From assembly GCF_037042905.1 (NCBI RefSeq), contig NC_087262.1, positions 10,664,001 through 10,728,000 of the forward strand: 64,000 nt of DNA, in the 5' to 3' direction. The stretch comes from Lytechinus pictus (taxonomy: Eukaryota). The notes under the pieces were generated by a model. The model had not been told where the DNA came from and did no database searches. It was given only the letters and a program-made list of their open reading frames with translations. Position numbers and translations under genes: made by a program. How positions within the stretch are numbered: the first letter of the stretch is position 1; the number at the start of each line of letters is the position of its first letter. Below are positions 50,506 through 62,449 of this stretch, piece after piece.

Positions 50506-51990
50506 TATAGATCAGAAAAAAATGACATTTTAAGGACTGATTTTAGGAATTCATGAAGAGCAGACATATCTCACTAATCCACTAATGTGAACGTAAGCAC
50601 GGATAGGCGGAAGTAGTCATGAAAAAGAAACATATGTCACTACATAAAACAATAATAGCATGAAGTGCAACGAGATATATTTGGTTTATATTGACTTGAA
50701 AACGGGAGGTAGCATAATAACATAACATAATAATTTCTTCTTTCCCACTACGTTTCTTTTCCTTTCTCCCTCCTTTTCTCCTCTTTCTCCCCGTTTTTTT
50801 TTGGCCAGCCGATTGGGGGGGGCACGTGCCCCCATGCCCCCCCCCCCCGTAGTTACGTCGCTGGGCAGAATTCAATTGCACCCGTAAAAAAAGGCCCAGT
50901 AATCACGAGGATGACATTGCTAGATGGGCCTAGTCGGACCTTTCACATGTTTTATATCTAAAGAGCCCAACTTTCTTTTGAAAGAGCATCATTCGCAAAT
51001 AACGTTATCTCGATATTGAGGTACATCTACGGAAAAAATGAAAATATCTAGACTTACCTAGACGAAAATGAAGGCCTATAATGATTTAAGAACCGAGTCT
51101 ACATTGCACTCTGGCGAAGTCGAAAATGTCCGTATACCAACTATTAATGCAATCATAATGGTCTAGGCGGTAAAACAGGTTGGGAAGGGGTGGCCCCCTC
51201 GATGAATTTTCTTTTTTTCAACTTGAAAAAAAAAACCTGAGAAAAGAGAAAGAAGTGCACCAAACAGCGAGGACTTGATTGAGCCATATTACCTGTCTGG
51301 TGATTCAAATGAGACAAAAATAGAGTTATGTCCAGGTCGTCCCCCTTCTAAAACAACCCTGGTGCTGCCCCTGATCCTGCCGAAAGATCTACCATATAGA
51401 ACTTTGAACCTGCTTTATTTTGCTCGGTCATGTGATTATAGAATGGCGCAATTTTCTCTTTCACAATTGAGAGGTGTAGTGTGCTCTGTTTAAGTTTCCT
51501 AATTTCAATATTTGATTGAGCTGCACGAAAGGAACTGGTGGGCACGCATCCTGCCCCATCCCTTCCTTTCGCTGTCTCTGTCTGTTTGTTTGCCCCCCCC
51601 CCTGTCGCCTTGTTACATTTGAGTTTAACCATGGATCCTTCTAGAACGAAGAGGATCCATGATAAATGGATTCTGATAACATGAAAGGCGAATCCTGCAC
51701 TGTAAAAAGTGTGGTGTTAAAACTAACACCAGTTGGTGTTAATAGAGGACCACACCCCAAGGTGTTAAAATTGCACCCTAGATATTGAACATAACACCAA
51801 AGAGTGTACAAGTAACATCCAGAGGTGTTGTAATAACACCTATAGGTGTTAAACTAACACTGTCAATTTAACACCGGAGTAAAATAACCGGTGTGAGTAC
51901 ACCGGTTAACACCACAGTTTTTGCTGTGTGGGTACTCACAGTCATAAAGCCGGTAAAAGTGGCAGGGGTAGAATTGGAAGAGGCAAATAT

Positions 51991-52765
51991 GGCAGAGGTA
52001 AAAATGACAGATATAAAACTGGTAGAGGTAAAAATGACAGATATAAAACTGGTAGAGGTAAAAATGACAGATATAAAACTGGTAGAGGTAAAAATGACAG
52101 ATATAAAACTGGTAGAGGTAAAAATGACAGATATAAAACTGGTAGAGGTAAAAATGACAGATATAAAACTAATAGAGGTTAAAATGACAGATATAAAACT
52201 GGTAGAGGTAAAAATGACAGATATAAAACTGGTAGAGGTAAAAATGACAGATATAAAACTGGTAGAGGTAAAAATGACAGATATAAGACTGGTAGGGGTG
52301 AAAATGACAGATATAAAACTGGTAGAGGTAAAAATGACAGATATAAAACTGGTAGAGGTAAAAATGACAGATATAAAACTGGTAGAGGTCAAAATGACAG
52401 ATATAAAACTGGTAGAGGTAAAAATGACAGATATAAAACTGGTAGAGGTAAAAATGACAGATATTAAACTGGTAGAGGTAAAAATGACAGATATAAAACT
52501 GGTAGAGGTAAAAATGACAGATATAAAACTGGTAGAGGTAAAAATGACAGATATAAAACTGGTAGAGGTAAAAATGACAGATATACAACTGGTAGAGGTA
52601 AAAATGACAGATATAAAACTTGAAGAGGTAAACATGACAAATATAAAACTGGTAGAGGTAAAAATGACAGATATAAAATTGGTAGAGGTGAAAATGACAG
52701 ATATAAAACTGGTAGAGGTAAAAATGACAGATATAAAACTGGTAGAGGTAAAAATGGAAGAGGTG
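51991..52765. repeat. 30-bp minisatellite (ggtagaggtaaaaatgacagatataaaact) x ~25
   Basis: Highly homogeneous tandem array; the unit is a dimer of two related 15-mers. Confidence 0.97.
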
Positions 52766-53616
52766 TAACTCGCAGTGTTAAAAATGGCAGAGGTAATTAT
52801 GGCATGGAAGGATAAAAGAAATGCCAGCTGTAAAAATACCAGAGGTAAAATTGCAAGATGTAATAATGGCAGAGGTAAAATAAGAGGCAAATATGAGAGA
52901 GGTAAACATGACTAGATACGTGAAAGTCCGGGGTTCGATCCCGGCACTAAATGCCCTTGATTGCATTTAAGCGACAGTGCACTTTTATCCTAAATTCAAA
53001 TAAATGGAAGTGACATCACACTTAAAATGTTAGGCAACATACTGTCCTCTGTGTTGGGTAATGTATGTTGGTAAAATATATATATATTCTAGGCAGTTAT
53101 TATCTAATTGAGCAAATTCTCTATAAATACAACGTCTAAAAGTAAAAGAACTGTCATGTTCATTTCGGCCTCCTCAATGGCTTTTTAAGATTTCTTTTTT
53201 TTTAATTATTAAACGTTACCATAAGAATTTCTATGGCTCAACTTGCCCCATGTTGGCTGGCTCAAATTACCCCAGTCCGAACTTAATGCGATATTTTCAC
53301 ATCCACACATTTCTTATGCATCCATCATGTAAAAGACTATGACAAGAATGAGAATCCATACCTGGACTAACAATATTGTTCTTATTTCTTTATTATATTT
53401 AAAGACGTGTGCGGGTGAAAAGAACTTATCTATTTCAATTTTTTTTCCCTTTAATAAATTACTTTTTGTTTCAAAGTTGAAAACAATGTGGTGGGGTTAA
53501 GGGTTATGTAATGGGTCATCAATACATGACACCACCACAATGTCTGACTCATTCATTATTGGCCTGGGGTAATGGCTCAACTTGCCCCTATGCTCAACTT
53601 ACCCCTATGCTCAACA

Positions 53617-54175
53617 CCCGGGGGGGGGGGGCACTCGACCAAAAAAGTGGTAGGGGTGTGCCGCGGGCGAGACAAAAAACGGGGGCCTTGGAGCGGGCTT
53701 ATTGTAAAAAGGAGGGTCCTCGGAACGGGCTTCGGAACTACAATTTTGTGAAAACGGGGGTCCTTGGAACGGATCGCCAGCGTGCGAGTACGTGCGTATG
53801 TACCCCTATGGAACGGGCATGCGTGCATGATGCAGCTATACGCGGCCTCCGCTGGGTGCGCTAGCGCAGAGACGATGGTCGGACAGCGCTCGGCGGCCGC
53901 TTTTCACCAAAATTGCAGCAGATCAATGCGACCGGAACGGCGTAACGAAAAATATGCGAAGCTTTGGAGCGGATTTCTTTCTTCTTTTTTTCTCGATAAG
54001 AACAAAGTGCTATATGCCTTGGAGCGGCTTTCTTTGTTTTTTGTCTCGATAAGACAAAAATGCTATGCCTTGGAACGAAAATTTGAGTGTGAAAATGGGG
54101 GTCCCCTCCGCGGCACATACCCACTATGCATTATATACTGAGTGCCCCCCCCCCCCCGGCCCCCCCCCCCCCGGG
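53617..54175. mobile_element. CCCGGG(G)n-terminal MITE, unit B only
   Basis: Reverse complement of 26208-26749; flanks gctcaaca / gctcaact; absent at the paralogous site ~44695. Confidence 0.85.
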
Positions 54176-55705
54176 GCTCAACTTACCCCACCTTCCCCTA
54201 CTCAATGCAAGTGGGTTAAATTGGTACTTGGCAGGAATTAATTCCCTTAAATTATTGTGCTCTGTAAAAGGCAACGATTGGCTGAAGACGGGGAAATATA
54301 GACTATAGAAGTGCATACATGTATATATAGACGTTGTTTAATAATCTGACATCCGCTACACAACGATCATGTATCATTATTTTTATTTGTATTATTNNNN
54401 NNNNNNNNNNNNNNNNNNNNNNNNNNNNNNNNNNNNNNNNNNNNNNNNNNNNNNNNNNNNNNNNNNNNNNNNNNNNNNNNNNNNNNNNNNNNNNNNNNNN
54501 NNNNNNNNNNNNNNNNNNNNNNNNNNNNNNNNNNNNNNNNNNNNNNNNNNNNNNNNNNNNNNNNNNNNNNNNNNNNNNNNNNNNNNNNNNNNNNNNNNNN
54601 NNNNNNNNNNNNNNNNNNNNNNNNNNNNNNNNNNNNNNNNNNNNNNNNNNNNNNNNNNNNNNNNNNNNNNNNNNNNNNNNNNNNNNNNNNNNNNNNNNNN
54701 NNNNNNNNNNNNNNNNNNNNNNNNNNNNNNNNNNNNNNNNNNNNNNNNNNNNNNNNNNNNNNNNNNNNNNNNNNNNNNNNNNNNNNNNNNNNNNNNNNNN
54801 NNNNNNNNNNNNNNNNNNNNNNNNNNNNNNNNNNNATTATTTTTACACTCTCAGAAATGTTGGGCAACATACTGTCCACACAACAATTGGTTAAAACTTT
54901 TTCCAATTCTGTGTAGTTTTAAACCAATAATGTCATGAATGTGTGCTTTGGGTGAAAACTACACAGTATATTGGTTGAAGACTATACCCGGAGTTTTTTA
55001 ACAATTGTTGTGTGGACAGTATGTTGCCCAACATTTTAAGAGTGTATTATTATCAATATTGTTACTATTACTATTATCATTATTATTATCATCATCATTT
55101 ATTTATTTATTTATTCATTTATTTAATTATTTATTTATCATAGTACAGGTATATTTATTCAGGTACAAAAGATCAGCGAAAGGATTTTTTCATCAATGGC
55201 CTGATGAAAACAGAATCACGATTACAACAAATAACATCAATATCATACATGAAAGTAAAATCAAATTATGACTCATTATCTAGGCAGTGCTTAGTAACAC
55301 AAATAACAAATATTTTTTACGTAAGTGTTTACATGACAGTGTATAAAATGTTACAGTTATCACAACGGAAAAATATAGATATAAACTACACTACACTTAT
55401 GAAAATCACTGAAATGAAAGTAATGAAATACAATAGGGGCGCTATAGTAACTAAAAATTTGATTGAAACAATTCCTATAAAGCACGCGTATTATTTTTAT
55501 TATCATTATTCATTATTATTATCATCATCATCTTCATTATCATCTGGATTATCAGTTGGTTCTTGTTTTTTTTTTAAATCTCAACCAATACGAGTAGTAT
55601 GTATTTTTCTTTGTAATTTTGCTAACAAATTTATCAAATTTGAACAAAACGACGTTCATAATGAGAGTTATATCGCTGTGAACCTAGAACAGAAACGAAT
55701 ACAGT

Positions 55706-57052
55706 TCACATCGAGGAGAAAAGATATTTCTTCTCCCATTCCTCACATTTCCCTTTGGCTATCGCGTCTTTTTCCAATTGAATATCATGTCTCTTTGCTG
55801 CCACAAAGCATTTTATGAACTCGGGACCAAGGGCTTCAGTGATGACTTCGTCTTCTAGCAAAGCTTCAACTGCTTCTTCCATAGTTGCAGGTAGCCTCTT
55901 GGTTCCTTCTGGAACATACTTGTCCTGGTATGCATCGCCCTCACCGTCAATGCCTTCTGGAAGCGGAAGTTTCTTGATGATACCATCTATTCCTGCTGCA
56001 ATGGTTGCAGCCATGCTGATATACGGATTGCACGCACTTGCACCTATCCGATTCTCGATATAGGCACTTCTCTCTCCATCTGTTTTGACCCGGATGGCAC
56101 AGGTTCGGTTGTCAGGTCCCCATGTTGCGTTCCAAGGGGCAGCAGAATTCACTTGAAACCTCTTGAGGCAGTTTGGCGTGGGTGCCATGAAGATTGCGAT
56201 GGCTCTGGCGTGGGCAACAAGACCGGCAACCCAGTACTGCCCAATGTCGGACAAACTGGTAGGACTGGATGCGTCGTAAAGCTTCGGGATCTTACCGTCA
56301 GCATCCCAAAGCGAGTGGCAGTAGTGCGCGGATGAACCGAATTTATCTAGCCATGGTTTAGACATGAACGAAGCGATGTATCCGTGCTTAAGTGCGATTT
56401 CCTTGATTCCCAGTTTGAATGTGTGAGCTGTATCTGCAGCCTTAATCCCAAACTCTGGATGGAAGGTGATCTCCAACTGTCCTTCCCCGGCTTCACATCC
56501 AAAACACTCAATATCAACACCAGCCTTTGGAAGATCTGTAATAACTTGCTGGAAAAAGGCATCGTACATCGACAAACAAACTGTTGATAAACAGAATGTG
56601 TCCGAATCCATGGGCTTCATAGTTTCTTTGTTGACGAGATAAAATTCGAACTCATGGGCTGACCAAAGAGACAGGTCCAGCTCTTTCAAACGCTCAAGTT
56701 GTCGTTTGGCAACAACCCTTGGGTATCCGGGCACCTTCTGGCCGTTGTATTCCCCCTCGAGCAAGACTCTAGCCGTGTCGGTACACCATGGTAGAATCTG
56801 GAAGGTCTCGAGGTCAGGAAACGCCTTGCAGTCAGCATAGTGGATCTCTTCACCATAGCCGGTGTTCTTTATAGGTACACCCCTAGGATCGAATGCTAAG
56901 AAGGCAAGGCACATGTTGACTCCATTGGTAGCCATTTTCTCGAAATGTTTGACCGGAATAGATCGACAATGGGGTACTCCATAGATATTCGATTGTTCAA
57001 ATCGAACAGTCTTGATGCCATTCTCCTTCAAAGATTTCAAAATCTTTTCCAT
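55706..57052 (-). CDS. Class-I glutamine synthetase-like (lengsin-like) protein, copy B, 448 aa
   Basis: Near-identical to copy A: 9 aa substitutions plus a 2-aa insertion by my count. Same acceptor 27 nt upstream of the ATG (57080-57082). Confidence 0.92.
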   Translation of the reverse strand: MEKILKSLKENGIKTVRFEQSNIYGVPHCRSIPVKHFEKMATNGVNMCLAFLAFDPRGVPIKNTGYGEEIHYADCKAFPDLETFQILPWCTDTARVLLEGEYNGQKVPGYPRVVAKRQLERLKELDLSLWSAHEFEFYLVNKETMKPMDSDTFCLSTVCLSMYDAFFQQVITDLPKAGVDIECFGCEAGEGQLEITFHPEFGIKAADTAHTFKLGIKEIALKHGYIASFMSKPWLDKFGSSAHYCHSLWDADGKIPKLYDASSPTSLSDIGQYWVAGLVAHARAIAIFMAPTPNCLKRFQVNSAAPWNATWGPDNRTCAIRVKTDGERSAYIENRIGASACNPYISMAATIAAGIDGIIKKLPLPEGIDGEGDAYQDKYVPEGTKRLPATMEEAVEALLEDEVITEALGPEFIKCFVAAKRHDIQLEKDAIAKGKCEEWEKKYLFSSM

Positions 57053-57273
57053 GATTGTTCCAGAAGTCTCTAAATTAATCTGGGAAAAAAATATTTAAGT
57101 TTAGGAATGATTAAGGCGGTACAAAATATATATTTCCAATGTGTGCTAAATGCTAACTTTTTCGCTTTGGCGGTAGTTAAACGTGAAGAAACTCAAATTA
57201 AAAATTTATTCTTATTGGCAAACGCTTGTTCGTATATTTTCCATATAGGAAATTGACAATCCTGATGGTATAC

Positions 57274-57830
57274 GTGTAGTCTTATATATAACTATTTAGT
57301 TATGATTTATTTAATCAACTTGTTTTACATTGTTTCATCATATTTTGTTGTTTGCGTGAAAGTTTGATGTCAAACTTATTGTAATTTTTCATATCTTAGG
57401 TTTTAAGATTCATGAATCTTGTATTAGTTACGATGCATTTAGCGCTACTTAAAAACTGATTATTAGTGTAATTCTCATATGTAACTTAGAAGTAATGATC
57501 ATTTACTCAACATGTTTTACAATTATTTTAATCATATTTTGTGGACTGCGTAAGTGTTTTTCATGGCAAACTTATTTTTTTTTGTCTTTTTATATATTAA
57601 GTTTTACAATTCATCGTGTAAATTTAGTTGTCTAGACTTAATTGATGTAGTTTGTAGATTTCTATAGGTGTTTTTTCATAGATGTACATTGTCTTCAATT
57701 ACTGATGTAAGGACCCCATTGGAAATAAGCCATCTCGGCTTTCATGGGTAATCCTGTCAAGGTATACACTTCTGTTTATATTTCCTTGTACTTGTTCATA
57801 GTTACCTGACAAATAAAATCAATCAATCAA
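57274..57830 (+). mobile_element. LINE 3'-UTR fragment (CR1/L2-like), GS-like copy B intron only
   Basis: 3' end ggaccccattggaaataag...tgggtaatcctgtcaa resembles the 3' end of the 6162-8530 LINE; aataaa(atca)n tail; short atac duplication; empty site in copy A at ~47680. Confidence 0.7.
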
Positions 57831-57996
57831 TACTGGGGGTACCTCTAAAGGTGTTACTTTGCACCTCTAAGTGCATTTTGGGCGTAGCTTTACAAGACAA
57901 TAAAGGGGCAGAATTGAACTGCACCGGCCCGTAAAAGATGCCCCCAGTAATCATTGCTAGATGTGCCTAGTCGGACCTTTTACATGTATATCTTAA

Positions 57997-58589
57997 AGGG
58001 ATGGTTCGGGCTGAAAGTATTTATAGCTTAATAAATATAGTAAAATTCACTGAGCAAAATGCCGAAAATTTCATCAAAATCGGATAACATATAACAAAGT
58101 TATTGAATTTTAAAGTTTAGCAATATTTTGTGAAAACAGTTGTCATGAATATTCAATAGGTGGGCTGATGATGTCACATCTCCACTTGTTCTTTTGTATT
58201 TTATTACATGAAATAAGGTTTATTCATTTTTTTTCCTCCAAGAACTAGAAAAATTGGATTGACAACTGATTTAGTGCATTATATATTTATTGCTGCAACT
58301 TATCTCATTATAAGGGAAACATATTATTCACACAAGTATGAAATAATGAAAAAATTATGATTTTATGTAATAACATAGGAAAACGGAAAGTGGGGATGTG
58401 ACATCATCAGCCCAACTACATGACCTATAATGAATATTCACGACGACTGTTTTCACAAAATATTGCTAAACTTTAAACTTCAATAACTTTATTATTTGTT
58501 ATCCGATTTTGATGAAATTTTCGGCATTTTGCTCAGTGAATTCTACTCTATGTGTTAGGATATCAATATTTTCAACCCGGACCATCCCT
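57997..58589. mobile_element. TTAA-specific (Kolobok-like) MITE, copy B intron only
   Basis: TTAA TSDs; same family as 11212-11792; empty site in copy A at ~50958. Confidence 0.85.
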
Positions 58590-61540
58590 TTAAGTGCGCA
58601 ACATTATTTTCAAAGAGCACCATTCACAAGTAACCTTATCTCGACATTTAGGTACATCAACGGAAAAAAGGGACAATATCTAGACTTACCTAGACGAAGA
58701 TGAAGCCCTATAATGATTTAAGAACCGAAGACTTTATGAAGAACCGAGTCTACAATGCACTCTGGCGAAGTCGAAAATGTCCGTATACCAACTATTAATG
58801 CAATCATAATGGTCTAGACAAGAGGCGGTAAAACAGGTTGGGAAGGGGTGGCCCCCTCGATGAATTGTCTTCTTTTTTTCAACTTGAAAAAAAGCCTGAG
58901 AAAAGAGAAAGAAGTGCACCAAACAGCGAGGACTTGATTGAGCCATATTACCTGTCTGGTGATTCAACTGAGAAGAAAATAGAGTTATATCCAGGTCGTC
59001 CCCCTTCTAAAACAACCCTGGTGCCGCCCCTGATCCTGCCGAAAGATCTACCATATAGAACTTCGAACCTGCTTTGTTTGCTTGGTCATGTGATTATAGA
59101 TTGACGCAATTCTCCCTTTCACAGTATTTTAAGAGGTGTAGTGAGCTCTGTTTAAGTTTCCTGATTTCAATATTTGATTAAGCTGCATGAAAGGAACTGG
59201 TGGGCACCCATCCTGCCCCCCCTTCCTCTCTCTCTCTGTCTGTTTGCCTGCTCCCCCCCCCCCCCCACATTTCTCAACTTGTTACATATGAGTTAAACCA
59301 TGAATCCTTCTATATAGAACGAAGAAGATCCATGATAAATGGATTATGATAACAAAGGCGAATACTGCACTGAAAGAAAAGGTGGTGTTAAAACTTACAC
59401 CAGTTGGTGTTGATAGAGGACCACGCCCTGATGTGATAAAATTACACCCTAGAGATTGAACATAACACCAAAGAGTGTATAAGTAACATCCAAAGGTGTT
59501 GTAATAACACCTATATGTATTAAACTAACACTGTCAATTTAACACCGGAGTAAAATAACTGGTGTGGTCCTCTATGTACACCGTTAACACCACAGTTTTT
59601 GCTGCGTAAACCCGGTATTAGTGTCAGAGGTAAAATTGGAAGAGGAAAAAATGGCAGAGGTAAAAACTGGCAGAGATAAAATGGAAGGGGTAAAACTGGC
59701 AAAATTAAAAATGGCAGAGCTACTTATGGCATGCAAGGATAAAAAAAAATACCAGCAGTAAAAATACCGGAGGTAAATTGCCAGAGGTGATAATGGCAGG
59801 GGTAAAATAAGAGGCAAAAATGACTAGATACGTGAAAGTCCGAGGTTCGATCCCCATCCAAGGCACTAAATGCCCTTCTTGATTGCATTTAATCGGCAGT
59901 GCTCTTTTATCCTAAATTCTAGTAAATGGAAGTGACATACGCAATTCTTCGTGACTATGTATGCACTTTTTTTAAACAAACAAATATATACATGGATTTT
60001 CATTTACTATGCAAACTAACATGTTTTTTTTAACGTAACAGAGTTTCTAAGCAACCAATTAATTATTTTTAAAAGGGCAATCAGAAACACTCGATGCAGT
60101 AAACTAACACATTTTCATGAATTTATTTTCATTAAGATGATGTTTTACACATGCTTTCGGTATTGCTGACAAAATATCTTCGACAGCTGGCAAACAGTAG
60201 CTTTATGCGTGTATGGCTACAAAAAATTGTTTTTTTAAATTTTTTTGGGTTGAGTTAGCCAATTAAGACCGTAACGGAGCAAACTTTACAGATGCTACGG
60301 GACACCAGATCTGAGCTTCTTCGACTTTATTGAGGTTTGCCAAAACCAACAAAATGAAAGGAGTAACAAAACAACAACCCCAAAGTCAGAGGCTACTGGT
60401 GGTTACACACCACCTACATCACCCTGGATACCACAAAGGAGTACCAGCTTCTACATTATCAAAATCTCGATGAGGATCAAATGAGTCGGACCAGATCAGC
60501 CCTTTCCCAGGCCTGCTTCGATTGCAGTCCGACCTGCACCAGAACCAGGACGTGCAATAATCTACCTAACGTAAAATGCCAACAAGCAGTGGAGTCACGG
60601 AACCACCCCAAAAAATATCATTCCGCTAAGGATTTGTTAAACTTTGAAACGGCCAATATGAAAAGAATTAAGTATATATATTGTTTTCACTCAATAATAC
60701 GAGAAAACAAATCCTTAAAATCCTTTAAAATACATAACAAGGATTAGAAAATAACTAGAATTATATTTTTCGAGTGTACATACATCGATCATCCTAACCC
60801 TATCTAGTGATCCGGCCGATCAAGAGAATTCCAAACACCTGTACGAAAATAATATGCAAATTAGGCACATTCTTCTCAAGTAACCTAAATGAAAATTCCA
60901 CTTTCCGACAGTTTCCCCGCTTGAAAATCAATCGACCCGAATGATTTGCTTCAAACCAATGATATAAAAATATATACAATAAATTACACTATTTTCTGTA
61001 CATGGTCCAATTTGTTTCTTCTATACACACTCTGTTACAATTCTTGTCAGTGTAAACAATACATTTTGTGTAGACAGCTTGGATACAGTAAAACTGAATG
61101 AACTATATATTACTCACTCAAAAAAGGAATGTTCTGAAAGCAATCGAAATGTTCAGACTTTTTTTTCTTTTTTTTTCTTTTAAAAAAATCTAATTCAATA
61201 TCCTTTTCTTCAAATTTCTTCCCCGCTTGAGTCGTTGTATTATCTCCAAAAGAAATTTTGTGGATTTTTTTTTTTTTTTCAGAATAGTTACTCTTTTCAC
61301 AAGAAAAAAAATGATGTTGAGAATAAATGCAAATTTAATCCTACAAGTCTCAACTCTGACACCAACTCTTTCTTTCTGCTTGAGTAACACAGCAAATATC
61401 AACTTCTGGAAAAAAAAAACAATTTCATCTCGTCTCAAGGATAAATATATATAACAAAAATTGCCACTGAATCAACTGGAAAATCCAATTGAAATCGACG
61501 GAGGGAGTATACAATCAAAATCGAGGAACTACTTCATCAC

Positions 61541-62255
61541 TCAACTGGGCAATCCAGTTAAAGCCGACGTAGGAAGTCTACCTGGATTTCTATGAACTCC
61601 TCTAGTACTCCGCGTTGATCTACGAAGTGGTGTTGGTTCGACATCAACTCTTGGTGCATTAAAGTCCTCATCATACGTAATAACATATGGATATTCATCA
61701 TCTTCTGAATCTGAGGTATATCGAATAACATCCGCTCCTTCATTCTCATCGATACTTGAATATTCAATTCCTTGTTGATCTTCGGGAAGAACATCATCTA
61801 GATCATCAGCTTCATCTCGTGGATCTAGAATGAGGTGTCTCCTATTTACCCACTTGCTTTCACCACCCGTTGCAGGTCGTATCTCATAGACATCATCTTC
61901 AGCATTCTTACTTTCTATCACATAGGCTGTATGATAGAATTTATGAGCTAACTTGTGTCTTTTGGTGAAAGCTTGTCTTCTTAGTAACACTCTATTGCCA
62001 ATACTAAGCATATCCTCTGGGACATAGTCTTTGTGCCGCTCTTCTTCCTTTCTGGCAGCTGCTTGGAGTCTGGATGTGACTACATCACATGCTCGCTTCA
62101 TCAACTTTGCTTGCTTCTCTGTGTACTCTTCATTCTAATCTTGTTCTACATTGCTTAGCAGATGATCAACTGGGATTAGAGGTTCTCGGCCAAACATTAA
62201 CAAGTATGGCGTTACTCTAGTCACACGATGTGGGGTGGAATTATACACATGTAGT
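61541..62255 (-). mobile_element. Ty3/Gypsy LTR-retrotransposon pol remnant (integrase C-terminal part)
   Basis: In frame upstream of the listed ORF: HVYNSTPHRVTRVTPYLLMFGREPLIPVD, then an in-frame TAG. The ORF continues with GNRVLLR...HKLA...VYEI...VNRRHL and an LRRSTR tail typical of Gypsy integrase ends. Confidence 0.85.
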
Positions 62256-62449
62256 ATATTGTAAAATTCTCTTAGCATTGTATAGAAAGAGAATTGTTAT
62301 CTCATTTGAGGGGGAATGTTGAATTGCATGTGATTACGCAACATGCTGTTGTTGCTATGTTAGGTGGAAGGGAGATTTCGGGTTAGCTTTCATTCGCGGT
62401 CATCACACCATACAGGGCAGTAGCATATTTTTCGCTCTTAACTACATAA

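Larger units (their letters stand above)
47765..50863. mobile_element. hAT-like non-autonomous element (8-bp TSD) with nested insertions, GS-like copy A intron only
   Basis: TSD GGCAGAAT (47757-47764, 50864-50871); TIR cagtggcgta / tacgtcgctg; gcgagcgcgaagcgcgagc subrepeats; empty site in copy B at ~57907. Confidence 0.9.
47494..51057 (-). other. Predicted 5'UTR intron of GS-like copy A (copy B equivalent 57080-58689)
   Basis: Donor TAG|GTAAGT at 51058/51057 is conserved in copy B at 58690/58689; the acceptor has a polypyrimidine tract plus CAG. Splicing places an in-frame TAG upstream of the ATG, so the upstream exon would be non-coding. Confidence 0.6.
44185..59938. repeat. Tandem segmental duplication: unit A ~44185-53016, unit B ~53115-59938
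   Basis: Colinear near-identity of the MITE interior, microsatellite/gap, 3'UTR, GS-like CDS, intron and upstream region. The units differ mainly by copy-specific insertions. Confidence 0.9.

Noticed and set aside
51868-52890. 340-aa and 291-aa repetitive ORFs (TSTSFISVIF / VKMTDIKLVE) as proteins, or the array as CRISPR
   Set aside because: They arise from a stop-free 30-bp minisatellite absent from the paralogous unit. There are no unique spacers or cas genes, and the context is eukaryotic.
46126-57052. Calling these genes glnA/GLUL or true LGSN orthologs
   Set aside because: They are not GS-II type and the ammonium-site residues are missing. Orthology to vertebrate lengsin cannot be shown from sequence alone, so no symbol is given.
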